64,000 nucleotides of DNA from contig NC_043012.1 of NCBI RefSeq assembly GCF_006345805.1, positions 57,846,001 to 57,910,000 on the forward strand, in the 5' to 3' direction. The DNA is from Octopus sinensis (lineage: Eukaryota). Numbering within the stretch: position 1 is the first letter of the stretch; every line of letters starts with the position of its first letter. The position numbers were made by a program, and so were the translations under genes. Of this stretch, positions 51,489 to 64,000 are shown one piece after another. The notes under the pieces are model-generated. The model made no database searches. It was not told the origin of the DNA and was given only the letters and a program-made list of their open reading frames with translations.

Positions 51489-53505
51489 AATGATAATAAT
51501 AATAATGCCTTGCTTTTTTTTTCCCCAAGAGACTCCGAGGCAGACAGAGAGGAAAAAAACTAGCGATGTAAGCAACAGCTTTAGGCTTTGTAAACTGGTA
51601 TAGAAATCCCAGTAAACATCAATAACCTTACCTTAACCGCAGTAGATTACACATGAACAACAACGTAGAAATAAAAACAAATAAAATGACTCTACTATCG
51701 CTTGATTTAAACTTGTGTCTTCGGGCCTTTGAAATTCCAATAAGTTGTCTAAATTATATTTCTAATTTCATTTTTGCGTCTACTTTTATTCATTTTCTAA
51801 ACATACTGATTATTTATTCATTTATTTATTTATTTATCTATTTATTTATTTATTTATATATTACTTTGTTTGTTTATCGTAAATTAGTTTTGTTTCTTAG
51901 TAATTATTTTCGCTTTCTATACATCAAACATTATAATCTAGAAATTCGTTTTGTGAATCAATGTAAAAGTTCTTTCTTTCTCTCTCTCATTCTCTCTGCT
52001 TCTCTTTGTCTCTTTTCCTTCTTTCTCTCATGCATAATCACACATCCACACACCCATACACTAGCTCTTTTGTGTGTACGTGTGTGTATGTGCGTGAGTG
52101 TGTGTGGCTATATGCAGAGAAATGTACATTGATTTCATATACATCTATATCTACATATGCCCTCCGCCCATATATATATATATATATATATTTTTATATA
52201 CATATATATATACATATATAAATATATATATTTATATACATATTTATATATGAGTGTGTGTGCATGTGTATAATCTTAATATATATACGTGTATGTGTTC
52301 GCGCTCATACTTATATATACATACACATGCATATATATATATATATATATGTGTGTGTGTATATATAAGTATAGATATATATGTATATACTTATTTACAC
52401 ACACACATACATATGCATACTTATATTTATATAACGTATATCTATATATACATTAAATATGTATATATACGTGCGTGTGTGAGCGCGCGCGTGTGTATGT
52501 CTGTATGCACACCCACACAAACACACACACTGGTAATTGTTAAAAATATTAAAAAGAAAAGAGACAAAGAATCTATTCTGAAGTAGTTTATTTATCATTA
52601 TAGTTTTACATCTGAAATTAGAAATAAAAATAAAAGGAAAAAGAGACAAAAACAATAAAAAAACCGATCGTATTTTCTTCTTTTCTTTCCTCTTTTTTTT
52701 GCGCTGGGTCACTTAAGATGAAAGCAGTACAACTGAAGAGAGGCTATTGTCTGATATTTTTAGTTTACGAAGATAAATGAAAATATTGAGAATAAAATAT
52801 CAGAATAAATAAAACAAAATAAAACGAGAAAAAAAAAATCGAAAAAAATTTGTATATAACAGCTGTCTTGGAATTCGCACTGCCTGCTCAACCTTGAAAA
52901 CATGATAAAATGAAATAAAAATAAAATCTAATGATATTTCTATAATTATGGAGGCTGTTCTTTAAAAATAACATATTGACACTATTGTCTTCTGTGCTTT
53001 TGAAGAAGCTGTTCCTTTTGGCAACATTTCAAGAATACATTTTTATTTTGTCTTTTAAGATGGATTCATTGTTTATCTTGAGACTTATAAAAAAGATAAA
53101 TGAATAAATAAATGAGACATGGTAAGATAAAATAGGGTAAATTAAATGGGGCAAGTTTCTTATTTCGTTCTTATATTACGTTCTATTTTTTTGCCGTTGT
53201 TACTACAGTCGATGTAGCATTTACCCTTGCGATATATTTTAGTTGAGGAAATCTTAAGGATTAATGTCAAAGAAGAGATTATTCTGTTCTGTTTTTTTTA
53301 TTATTTTGTTAATGGAACCCTCAGAAAGGGTAACATGAAACACCCTTTTCCACGCCTTTCAAGAATGAGAGAGGTTATTTTCGAGCAGAAGATCGAACCC
53401 CAAATCTTTTAACATGGAGAATTCTGTTAAAGACACCCAGCGAACAAGAAATGATGATAAAATGGGAGAGAACTGCAACTATCACCACAATGGTTTTTAG
53501 ATAAA

Positions 53506-53901
53506 CTAGCAGTATCGCCCGGCTTTGCTCGAGCTCGTTTTCTTTTCGACCCTTTAGAATTGGAATTTTTGAAAAGTAAAAATTTTGCATTATGTAGCTT
53601 GTTATTCTCTTTAAGTGAACATTTTTCTGGGTGAAATACACCGAAAAATGGCGACACAGCAGTAAAAAAATCGTAAAAAATAGGGGTTTTCATAAAAAAA
53701 GTATCTTTTTGATGTAAATAATTTTCAGTGTTAACATGGTCCGATTTGATTTTTTTCTTTTACGGAAGGAAGAGTAAGCCTTCTTCTATCTTACTCTCAA
53801 TTTTGGTCAACTTGCACCGCAGGGTCTCGGAGAAGACAGTGTTAGTTGAAGGCTACCAAACCTGCCATACACAGACAACTTCAGCTTTATATATAGAGAG
53901 A
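53506..53901 (-). mobile_element. Non-autonomous Helitron, 396 bp
   Basis: Minus strand 5' TC at 53901-53900 preceded by A. 3' hairpin gctcg-agcaaagc-cgggc, then atactgCTAG followed by T (53505). Canonical A|TC...CTAG|T. Confidence 0.82.
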
Positions 53902-54282
53902 TATCCGCCAGAATTTCGTCTTATTCTTAACTCTTTCTTAAGCTGTCGTCCTAAATTACAATTTTCCAACACTTCGGCTACTGACCTTAATCTATCTGTG
54001 ACGCAAGTAACATCTATGTGTGATGTAAGCAACATCTGACTAATCTTTAAGAATATTTGGCTGTAAAATATATTCCAGAGCTGACTGCTCTGTGTACAGT
54101 TAGTTACGTGAGAGGCGACTTGCGATATAATATTAAATTACTAAGATTTCTTTAAGAGTCACGAGAAATTTTTATTTTTAAAAAACTGTGCAGTCATTGT
54201 GAAAACTGTAGAAAACTGCTTTGGATATTTGCGTTTCACTAAAATATAATCCCTATAACATATATTTTGAAACGTTTACATC

Positions 54283-54611
54283 GATGGCTCAGTTGTTAGA
54301 ACGCCGGGCTCACACTCATGAGGTACTGAGTTCGATTCCCGGACCGGGATGTATGTTGGCCTCTTGAGCGAGACACTTTATTTGTCTCTGTTCGGTCCTC
54401 TGTAGAAATGAGTTGCAATGTCACTGGCGCCAAGCTATATCTGCCTTTCCCTTATATAACATCAGTGTCGTGTAGAGGAGAGACTGGTATGCATGGGTGA
54501 CTGTTGATCTTCCATAAACAACCTTGTCTTAACTTGTGCCTCGGATGGGAACTTTCTAGATTCAATCCCTTGGTCATTCGTGACCAAAGGAGGTCTTTAC
54601 TCCCTTTTTTT
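54283..54611 (+). mobile_element. tRNA-derived SINE with 3' UUCG stem-loop
   Basis: A box tggctcagttg, B box gagttcgattccc, and ttggtca-ttcg-tgaccaa hairpin near a T-rich end. Confidence 0.8.
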
Positions 54612-54801
54612 ATATCGACTACCTACACAGCAGGTATTTGCAATACAGATCATATTCTAGAAATATTACAGTTCTAAATCTCTCAGAGAGATTTATACAG
54701 CAGCATCACAATAAAGTGATGGTATGTTGCCAACTTAATGTGGCAGTCCCATGAAAGGGAAGAATGCTACTGCTATTTAGCCCTAGGAAGCACCGTTTCC
54801 A

Positions 54802-54888
54802 GTTGACCATGACATATTTTCTGTGTCCTTATGTGTTTATCTCCCCTCTTTCAAAACACAAAGACACAGAAATTGTGTCATGGCCAAC
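54802..54888. repeat. ~36-bp-arm imperfect hairpin
   Basis: gttgaccatgacatattttctgtgtccttatgtgttt pairs with aaacacaaagacacagaaattgtgtcatggccaac across a 15-nt loop. Confidence 0.8.
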
Positions 54889-56794
54889 ATACCATCAGAT
54901 CATATTCTGCTTTGAATGTTGATTGAAAGTATTATTGCATTTGTTATCGACGACCTATGCGTCGCATGCTTGGATGTTACATAGCAAACAGACCAAGAGG
55001 GAAACAAACGAGAAATATCTGCCACAGACGATATCACCAAAAAAAAAAAGTCAGGAACATGAAAACCTTAATCAAAGACAAGGCTACATTTCCTAATGTG
55101 GAACGTATATTGGTACAATGAAACATGTGCTGGTACGGACGTGTCTGAAAAATACAGACAATTCTGTTACTTGCTAGAGTCTTTTCGCGAGCTATGCCGT
55201 TCATAAGTTTCGGAGATCACAATCTTTCGCTGAACGAGAAGCTGCTTCGTTGCAGCTTCCAAAACTCACTAATTTTGAAGAGGAACGGAAGGGATAAACC
55301 AATTTCATGGATCCCAGTACTCACATATTTCAACGACCCCGGAAGGATGGAATCAAAGCTGACTTCGATCGCATTTGAATTTCAAAACGTAAAAAGCCAG
55401 AAGAAATGCTACTAAGCCTTTTGACACGTTTATTAGCGATTCCTGTCAGTCCACAGACTTTCACGTTAGGATAGTGGTACAATAAATCAGGCTGTGCCTC
55501 AGCTAAGATGTGGTTAAACGATATGTTTAAACATGCTTTGAGGAGAACATTGATATCTACAAGTGTTCATAGTAACCCAGGATAGAAAAGCCATATAGAA
55601 AATCAGTCCACTAACGATAATACGAGATGAGACTCCCAATATGGGCTGTCATCGTTGATATCGACTGAAAGTCTGAGGTAATGATGTGATATTTGTTATC
55701 GACTACAGACTGGAGAAAGATAAATGCACACCTCACAGGGTAATAAATGAATAAATATTGTAATGTATTTATTTCGATGTTCTCTCATTTCAGCTAATTT
55801 ACCTTCCAACCTAATTGTAAAACATATAATTTTCAAAATTTGCGACTTGCCACCGAGAAACGATGCAATTCCATCAATATCTCTATTGAATGCCTGGCTA
55901 CGAAGATATGGATGGACGCAACAACTACTCATTTCTCATTTGTTATTCCTAGAATCCATTGATAGTCAGGTTACTGTAGAGAGCAGGTTGACATTATTAT
56001 TGCACGTCTTGTAGCTATGTAACTAAAATCACATGACAATGACGTGCCCATATATAGGCATGTCATAGTGTATGAATAAAATAGACATTTTGATACATGT
56101 TAATATATATTGATATATTCTAGGGTATAAATTTGTCTTAATTTCGCTCATTTCTTCCCCTCTTACGCAAACACATATACACATTCTCTCTCTCTCTCCA
56201 TCTATCTTTCTATCTCTGTCTCCCTCTTTGCTTGTTCGTCCGAATGACGTTTCCGTTTTCGTGCTTGTTCCTCTTAATTTTTAGGGTTATAATAATTGGC
56301 CATTTTTGTCATAGCTTAGACGACTAATTCCATTAATGAGGTGAAGCTTACAGTTCAACTGACAAGTAAAATGAATTGAATCGAAGATAATAAGTGGTTG
56401 GACATTCGTTATTTTGGCGGCGGAATTATCAAGAACGTATAAAATGCACGAAGCATGAATTATAATCAGTCAACAGATATATTTTTCAATGATTTGAGTG
56501 GCATATTTATATCGCCATCCATGTTCATATACCAGAGGGATTGATTAGTCACATGAAAGCCGAGTTTCATGAAATATATGTTTTTGTGGCGTTGTATTTA
56601 ATCGATTTTCCCATGGAACAAACTTGTATAAATCTCTTCTACCCATGCATAAAGTCAGCCCAGGCCTTGCTGATAAAACTGGGTAGAGGAAAGCCTGTTA
56701 GGAACACATTAGAAGGACTACGTATATCTGTAACTGAACTCTCGAGCCATGTCAAAACTGGCACGTTTATTATCCTAGAATATTATATAGCGGG

Positions 56795-57160
56795 TAAGGC
56801 TGCCAGTTGGCAGTATCGTTAGCGCGCCGGATAAAAATATCTTGAGGCATTTATACCGGTCCTCGTTCTGAGGTCAAACTCCACAGGCGTTTTTTTTTTT
56901 TACCTTTTGATTTTCACCCTTTCAGGGTCGATAAAATGTCATTGTGTCAAAACTTGAAGCCGATATTTTATGGACAGAGATGAAGTCAGCCAGCTGGCAG
57001 AATCATTAGCGCGTCGGACAAAAGTTTTTAGCGGCATTTCTTCTTGCTCTTTGCAATTTGATTTCGAATACTGTCGAGATCGACTCAATATTCTATCCTT
57101 TGAGAGTTGATAAAAATAAATACTAGAGTCATTGCAATACCCTCAGTCAATAACCTTCTG
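56795..57160 (+). mobile_element. Two diverged family A SINEs
   Basis: gttggcagtatcgttagcgcgccgg and gctggcagaatcattagcgcgtcgg heads with body remnants. Confidence 0.7.
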
Positions 57161-57204
57161 CCGAAATTTAAAACAATTATAAGGACGAGAATACAAGATA
57201 GACA

Positions 57205-57810
57205 CCGGCGTAGGTGTGTAGTGAGAAGATTGCTTCCCAACCACATGGTTCTGGTTTCAGTCCCACTACGTGGCACCTTGGTCAAACGGCTTCTACTGAC
57301 TATATGTTTGGTCCGAGGAAAGTCATGTGAATTGATTTGATAGAGAGGAAACTGAAAGAATCCCGTTATACACACACATATATATACGTACATACATACA
57401 TATATATATATATATAAAACCCTTTTACTATTTTACCTGTTTCAGTCATGTGACTGTGGCCATGCTGGAGCACCGCCTTTTGTCGTGGAAATCGAACACA
57501 GGACTTATTCTATCGGTCTGTCTTGCCGAACCTCTAAGTTACGGGGGTCTTAAACACACCAGCATCGGTTGTTAAGCGATGTTTGGGCGACAAACACAGA
57601 CGCACAAAATATAAACACACACACACACACACATATGTATACATATATATACATATATATACGACGGGCTTCTTTCAGTTTCCGTCTATCAAATCCACTC
57701 ACAAGCATTTGGTCAGCCCGAGGCTATAGTAGAACACACTTACCCAAGGTGCCATGCAGTAGAACTGAACCTGGAACCATGTGGTTCGTAAGCAAGCTAC
57801 GTACCACATA
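57205..57810. mobile_element. Family C/B SINEs: head (+) 57205-57370 and full copy (-) 57422-57810
   Basis: cagtcccactacgtggcaccttgg head, and ccatgctggagcaccgcc..catcggttg body with a CA/TA tract. Confidence 0.75.
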
Positions 57811-57932
57811 TCCACTAACTTATTTCTTTATTCTTTCACTTGTTTCAGTCACTTCACAGCAGCCATGCTGGAGCAGCGCCTTAAAGATTTTTAGTCAAAG
57901 AAATCGACACCAGGACTTATTCTTTGTAATAC

Positions 57933-58128
57933 AGTTCTATATTTAAGATATGAGGAATTATATATATTATTTACATTATTTCCATTTGACGGATATGTGT
58001 CCTCATCTTGTTTGTTGTTAACAGAACCTTTCGGCTGATACACCCTCCAGCCTTCATCAGTGCCTTGGGGAAATTTCGAAACTGGGTTCTCATTCCTGAG
58101 GTAATTTTCGACCTGAATAATAATAATA

Positions 58129-58160
<32 letters not shown>

Positions 58161-58337
58161 AATAATAATAATAATAACAACAACTACAACAACATGAAAA
58201 AATACCTTAGGAATGAGAACCCAGGTTCGAAATTTGCCCAAGACACCTGATGAAGGGTGGAGGGTATATCAGCCGAAACGTTGAGTTAACAACAAACAAG
58301 ATAAGGACAGATATCCGTCAAATATAAATAATCTAAA
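57933..58337. mobile_element. Inverted pair of hammerhead-bearing Penelope-type modules around an (AAT)/(GAT) tract, inserted in a SINE body with 16-bp TSD
   Basis: TSD ttattctttgtaatac at 57917-57932 and 58338-58353. HHR motifs at 58020-58064 (-) and 58242-58287 (+). The host SINE body continues on both sides. Confidence 0.85.
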
Positions 58338-58441
58338 TTATTCTTTGTAATACTAGTACTTATTCTCTCGGTCTCTTTTGCCGAACCGCTAAGTCATGCG
58401 GACATAAAGAGACCAACATCGGTTGTTTTTCTGTAAATTCC

Positions 58442-58484
<43 letters not shown>

Positions 58485-58499
58485 CTTGCATGCTTATGT

Positions 58500-58700
58500 G
58501 CGTGTGTTTTCTACAACATCGTTTGACAACCGGTGTTAGTGTGTTTGCCTTCCCTTAAAAGTGTGTCGGCAGAAGATTCCGATAGGATGAGTACCAGGCT
58601 TAAGAAGAAACTAAATACTCTGGTCGTTTCATTCTGCTAAAAGTTCTTCAAGGCGGTGCTCTAGCATGGCCGCAAACTGATGACTGAAAGAGGTAGAAGA
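58500..58700 (+). mobile_element. Diverged family C/B SINE body
   Basis: catcgtttgacaaccggtgttagtgtgttt..aaggcggtgctctagcatggccgca. Confidence 0.7.
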
Positions 58701-59110
58701 TACGCGATAAGATAACATGCCAGTAGTTGGCATATTTTGGTCTGAGATTGGTTCAACGAACTCTTCAGGTTTGAAGCCAGTTTAAAAAAAAAAAAGAAAA
58801 GAACATGGAGGAAATTTCAGAAGCTTGTTTCATTCAACCCACATCAGAATGACAGGAGAAGGCGATAACCAACGAAAACAACAACAACAACAACAACAAC
58901 AACAATAATAATAATGATAATCAGAAAAGCAAATAATTGGACGAAGAATATAATTATTTCCCGTTATAATCGCCACTATTCCAGGGAGAGACAAGATAAA
59001 CAATGGCTTTAAAAAGGAGAAAAAAAATCTCGCTGCGTGGTGGAAGTATCTTGAAAACCTTCCAGAATTCCTGCCAAATTTGCAACAGATACCGAAAATG
59101 CATGTGTGTA

Positions 59111-59144
<34 letters not shown>

Positions 59145-59160
59145 TGTGTGTGTATGTGTG

Positions 59161-59204
<44 letters not shown>

Positions 59205-59302
59205 TACGAATGTATGCATTTATTATTATCATTCTTCTTCTTCTTCTTATTCTTCTTCTTCTTCTTCTTATTATTATTATTATTATCATTATTATTAATA
59301 TG

Positions 59303-59344
<42 letters not shown>

Positions 59345-60065
59345 GTTGTTGTTGTTGTTATTGCGTTAGTCCAACATTAACTTTATAAGATTCGATATAC
59401 TCGAAAAATGTATTCTTTATCCCCTCATCCGAAAGATCGCGGATATTGTATCCCGTTATTCCGGTTTGCCTCACGCATCGCTCCATGCGTTCGTTTCCCC
59501 TTTAAATTCGGCTAATTGGAGGTGGGGGAATCTCCTCCAAGCAGTTAATGTGGCTTCACACTCCAGTCTCTCTGGAAAACAGCTAAATGAGACATTTCTA
59601 TTAAAGTATGATATTTCAAACACCATCAGCTACATACAGACAAATTCGTGCCAAGTAGGGAGTCTCTATGTGGTAGCTAGATCTACTAAAAATAACAGCT
59701 ATGTCTGAAATAAAATGTTCGGAGGATAATGGTCGTTTTGACCGGTTTGGCATCTTCCTTAGACCTTAAAAATGTTTTACTTAACATAGTCAAGACCATG
59801 CTAGAATATCGCCATCATATCTGTTATCCATTCTCCTGGTGACGACTAAAATATAATACAGCATTGTAATAGGCCATTTTACTGAACAACAAGACATCGC
59901 TCGCAAATGAATATGATTTGTAAGGTGCTATGCTTTCGGTAATTGTTTCAAACACCTATGTATTTAGGCGCTATTATAAACACACACTTTACTAAATCCA
60001 TATTAACGTTTGGCTGTCTTGGAAACTGTGCAATTTCTAGTTTTATTATACATGAACCCAATGAA

Positions 60066-62400
60066 GGGGGTGAGCTGGCAGAATCGTTAGCACGCTGGAT
60101 GAAATACTTAGCTGTATATCGCTCGTCTTTATGTTCTGAGTTCAAATTCCGCCGAGGTCGACTTTACCTTTCTTCCTTTCGGGAGGGGGGGATCGATAAA
60201 ATAAGTACCTATTTCTTTATTACCAACAAGGGGCTAAACACAGAGGGGACAAACAAGGACAGACATAGGTATTAAGTCGATTACATCGACCCCAGTGCGT
60301 AACTGGTACTTAATTTATCGACCCCAAAAGGATGAAAGGCAAAGTCGACCTCGGCGGAATTTGAACTCACAACGTAACTCAGACGAAATACCGATAAGCA
60401 TTTCGCCCGGCGTGCTAACGTTTCTACCAGCTCGCCGCCTTTGTACCAGTTACGCGCTGGGTCGATGTGATCGACTTAATCCATTTGTATGTCCTTGTTT
60501 ATACTCTCTATGTTTAGCCCCTTGTGGGCAATAAAGAAATACGAATCGTTAAGGCGGCGAGCTGGCAGAAACTTTAGCACGCCGGGCGAAATGTCTAGCG
60601 GTATTTCGTCTGTCTTTACGTTCTGAGTTCCAATTCCGCCGAGATCGACTTTGCCTTTCATCCTTTCGGGGTCGATAAATTAAGTACCAGTTACGCACTG
60701 GGGTCGATGTAATTAACTTAATCCGTTTGTGTGTCCTTATTTGCTCTCTCTGTGTTTAGCTCCTTGTGGGTAGTAAAGAAATAGGTATTTCGCTTGTCTT
60801 TACGATCTGAGTTCAAATTTCGCCGAGGTCGACTTTACCTTTCTTCCTTTCAGGTTTCTAGAAAATAAGTACCAGTTATGCACTGGGATCGATGTAATCG
60901 ACTTAGCTCCCTCCCTACAAATTTCAGGCCTTGTGCCTATAGTAGAAAGCATTATACATGAACACAGGGCGATGTGTTGGTATCATCGTTACAGCACTTG
61001 ACAAAATACTTAACCGCATTCCTTCTGGCCTTACGTTCTGAGTTCAAACGCCGCTAGGGTCGACTTTACCTTCCATTCATTTCAGGGTTGATAAAATATG
61101 TACCAGTCAAACACTTGAGCTGATTTAACCGAATTACCTTTCACCCGTATTTCGGGTCTTGTGCTTATAGTAGAAAGAATCATACAGTAGCCGAAGGCGG
61201 TGAGCAAGTGGAATCGTAAGACCATCGGGCGATTGCTTTGTAGTATTTGTTCAGATTCTTTACGTTCCGTGTTCAAATCCTACTGACGTCAACTTTGCCT
61301 TTTATAATTTCGGAGTCGATAAAATAAAGTACAGTCTAATATTAGGTATGATGTATTGACTAATCACATCCCTCTAAAATTTTTGGCTTTTCGTCAAAAT
61401 TTTGATCACCTGGACATTGCTTCTTTACCTGTGTCGCGTAAATACTTTAGGGTTTCTTGCCCTGTCAAAATTTCATCTGTACCATTTAAAGATAGTCAAT
61501 AAACAGACTCGTTTTTCCTTTAATTTTCCCTCGTAACGAGCCATAACAATGCCGTGAAGTATTTTGTTTGGCTCGGTTACGTTATTCTGCCAGCTGGTCA
61601 CCTTAGATTTCCTTTTAATTTTGGCACAAGGCTAGCGATTTTAGGAAAAGGGTTGAGTACACCAGCAACGGTGTTTAATTGGTACTTATTTTCTCAACAC
61701 AGCGAGGTTTGAGTTCCGAACGTAGGAAACTTGAAAAATGCTGCAAAAAATTTTGTGCGACGCACCAACGAGATTCTGCCTGATCTCTGCTTTTAACAAT
61801 AAATCAAAAAGATGTGTTTTGATAGTGCATGGTAATTTCGTCACCATTCAAAATAATCTTTTCTATCTAGGCACAAGGCCCGAAATTTTAGGGGAGGGGT
61901 TCTGTCGATTAGATCGACCCCTGTACGCAACTGGTACTTAATTACCAGCCCCGAGAGGATGAAAAGCAAAGTCGACCTCGGCGGAATTTGAACTCAGAAC
62001 GTAAAGACAGACAAAATACCTGTTTCTTTATTACCCACAAGGGGCTAAACAGAGGGGACAAACAATGACACTCAAACGGATTAAGTCGATTACATCGACC
62101 CCAGTGCGTAACTGGTACTTAATTTATCAACCCCAAAAGGATGAAAGGCAAAGTCGACCTCGGCGGAATTTGAACTCAGAGCGTAACGGCAGACGAAATA
62201 CGGCTACGCATTTCGCCCGGCGTTCTAACGGTTCTGCCAGCTCGCCGCCTTATGAGAAATAGATAATCCTTTGTACTATAGGCGCAAGGCCTGAAATTGG
62301 GAGGGAGGGTGCCAGTCGATTTGAGCGACTCCAGTACGTTATTGGTACTTAATTTATCGACCCCGAAAGGTAAAGTCGACCTCGTCGGAATCTGAACTCA
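60066..62400. mobile_element. Dense cluster of about 10 family A SINE units in both orientations
   Basis: Approximate units: 60066-60200 (+), 60205-60440 (-), 60440-60540 (+), 60550-60955 (+, 1.5-mer), 60965-61185 (+), 61192-61400 (+), 61850-62250 (-, 1.5-mer), 62265-62400 (-). Confidence 0.85.
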
Positions 62401-62422
62401 TTTTCTAATACAAGTAATGGCT

Positions 62423-62457
<35 letters not shown>

Positions 62458-62699
62458 CCGTAAAATATTTTTATGCTTTAATATTCATGAATAATTCACT
62501 GGTTTGTAGTGATACTTTCGTATCTTATGCATTAAGCAAGGATTAGAGAAAGATAAACATCATTATGTGTAATAATATAGCCTTAATATTCATAACGTAA
62601 AGTCATCCTGATTTATTTCGGATTTATTTGTTCATACGATATTCTCTAATTATGAGAGCTACTATTATACATGTCAAGAAAATCTTCTGCTATGGTGAT

Positions 62700-63060
62700 G
62701 GTATCGTTGTTTGACAACCAGTGCTGGTTTGTTTACGGCGTAGTCATTTAACGGCACCTTGGGCGAGAATCTTCTATAGCCCCGAAGTAACCAATAGCTT
62801 GTGAGGAAATTTGGTAGAGGGGAAATTGTGCGCAAGGCCATCGCGTGTATTTATGCGCGCCCGAGTGCGCGTATACGTTTCTGTATGTGTGTGTGTGCAC
62901 GTGTGTATATGTGTGTGTGTATGTCTATGTGAGTCTTTGTGTTTGTGCTTGTCCCTGACTGCCGCTTAGCAACCATTCTTGTTTTTTTTTACGTCATCGT
63001 AACTTCTTTTTGTGTTCGACAGACTTAAAACTACCAGACTTCGAATAATTATTGCGCTCA
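62700..63060 (+). mobile_element. Diverged family C/B SINE pieces around (TG)n
   Basis: ggcaccttgggcgag..atttggtagaggggaaa head remnant and body remnants. Confidence 0.6.
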
Positions 63061-63677
63061 ATTTCTTCGACTGAATTCTTGAAAGCCGTATAAAAAGTTA
63101 GAGTATATATACATATCAATGTCAGCATTATCATCTTTGGTTTCTCTTATTCTTAGGTCATGATCTGGAAATATATTTTCAGATTTAAGCACAGATTACT
63201 CCCTCATGCTATGCATCGAAGACATCTTTTTTGTGAACATCCACCTGAGTCTCTTACACACAACGTTACCTAACGCATGCTTCGTCTTATTTTCGTAAGA
63301 CGGTAGGATGAAATACAAGGTAGATTTGGCTACTATTTCCAGCATATCAGAAAATGCGCATGAAGGCTCTTACATAACGCTTTGAGGCGGGAAATGTGTT
63401 TAGTAGATTTGAAATTTTCCGATAAGTTGGCTTAAATTGCAAGAAAGCAAAATTGATCATTAATATCTTCAAACGAAACACAGGATCAATTTATTATAAC
63501 TTGCAGCTAAGGAAAGCAAAATTGAGAATTCCACAGATAAAAGAAGCCTCACTCGTGACCACTCATTGATTTCATATAAGCTGACACAGCACTCTGTAAA
63601 TCTAGGTTTCTGGACTCTTCAACGATCACCAGATATTATTACATGTGCTAACTGGATATTATTACATCATCTCAAAA

Positions 63678-64000
63678 ACGGCGAGCTGGCAGAATCATTA
63701 GCATGCCAAGTAAAATACTTAGCGGTATTTCGTCTGCCGCCACGTTCTGAGTTCAAATTCTGCCGAGGTCGACTTTGCCTGTCATACTTTCGGGGTCGAT
63801 TAAATAAGTACCATTTACGCACTGGGGTCGATATAATCGACTTAATCCGTTTGTCTGTCCTTGTTTGTACCCTCTGTGTGTAGCCCCTTGTGGGCAGTAA
63901 AGAAATAGGTATTTCGTCTGCCGCTACGTTCTGAGTTCAAATTCCGCTGAGGTCAACTTTCCCTTTCATCCTTTCGGGGTCGATTAAATAAGTACCAATT
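63678..64000 (+). mobile_element. Family A composite SINE (1.5-mer), running off the window
   Basis: Head, body and A2 tail, then the gtaaagaaata|ggtatttcgtctgcc junction and a second body. Confidence 0.85.

Noticed and set aside
55770-56014. 83-aa ORF after a tttcag acceptor-like site
   Set aside because: Weak donor and no recognisable homology.
60066-62400. Regularly recurring ~30-bp motifs superficially like a CRISPR array
   Set aside because: They are internal motifs of adjacent SINE copies in mixed orientation, with no unique spacers or cas genes, in eukaryotic DNA.

Overview
AT-rich eukaryotic DNA saturated with microsatellites ((TA)n, (CA)n, (TATC)n, (AAT)n, (CAT)n). The SINE families look like those of octopus, which is an inference from pattern recognition. 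I found no recognisable host protein-coding gene, and almost every ORF in the track is a microsatellite read-through. Transposon content: one complete but decayed Hsmar1-like mariner (20-bp TIRs, TA TSD), two other mariner remnants, a near full-length R4/Dong-type RLE retrotransposon in (TAA)n plus a fragment of a second such family, a Helitron RepHel 5' remnant, two non-autonomous Helitron-type elements, a hAT MITE and many tRNA-derived SINEs. The main hidden signal is hammerhead ribozymes (HHR). Two identical, fully paired type I HHRs lie 474 nt apart in a head-to-tail dimer between (TA)n tracts (16985-17910), a candidate cephalopod retrozyme or self-cleaving circRNA unit. There is also a candidate non-circularly permuted HHR (20746-20809). 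A Penelope-type HHR family appears next to a tRNA-derived head (40.6-41.0 kb) and as an inverted pair with a 16-bp TSD (57.9-58.35 kb). Further variant or degenerate HHRs are present. All structures were folded by eye and none has been tested for activity.
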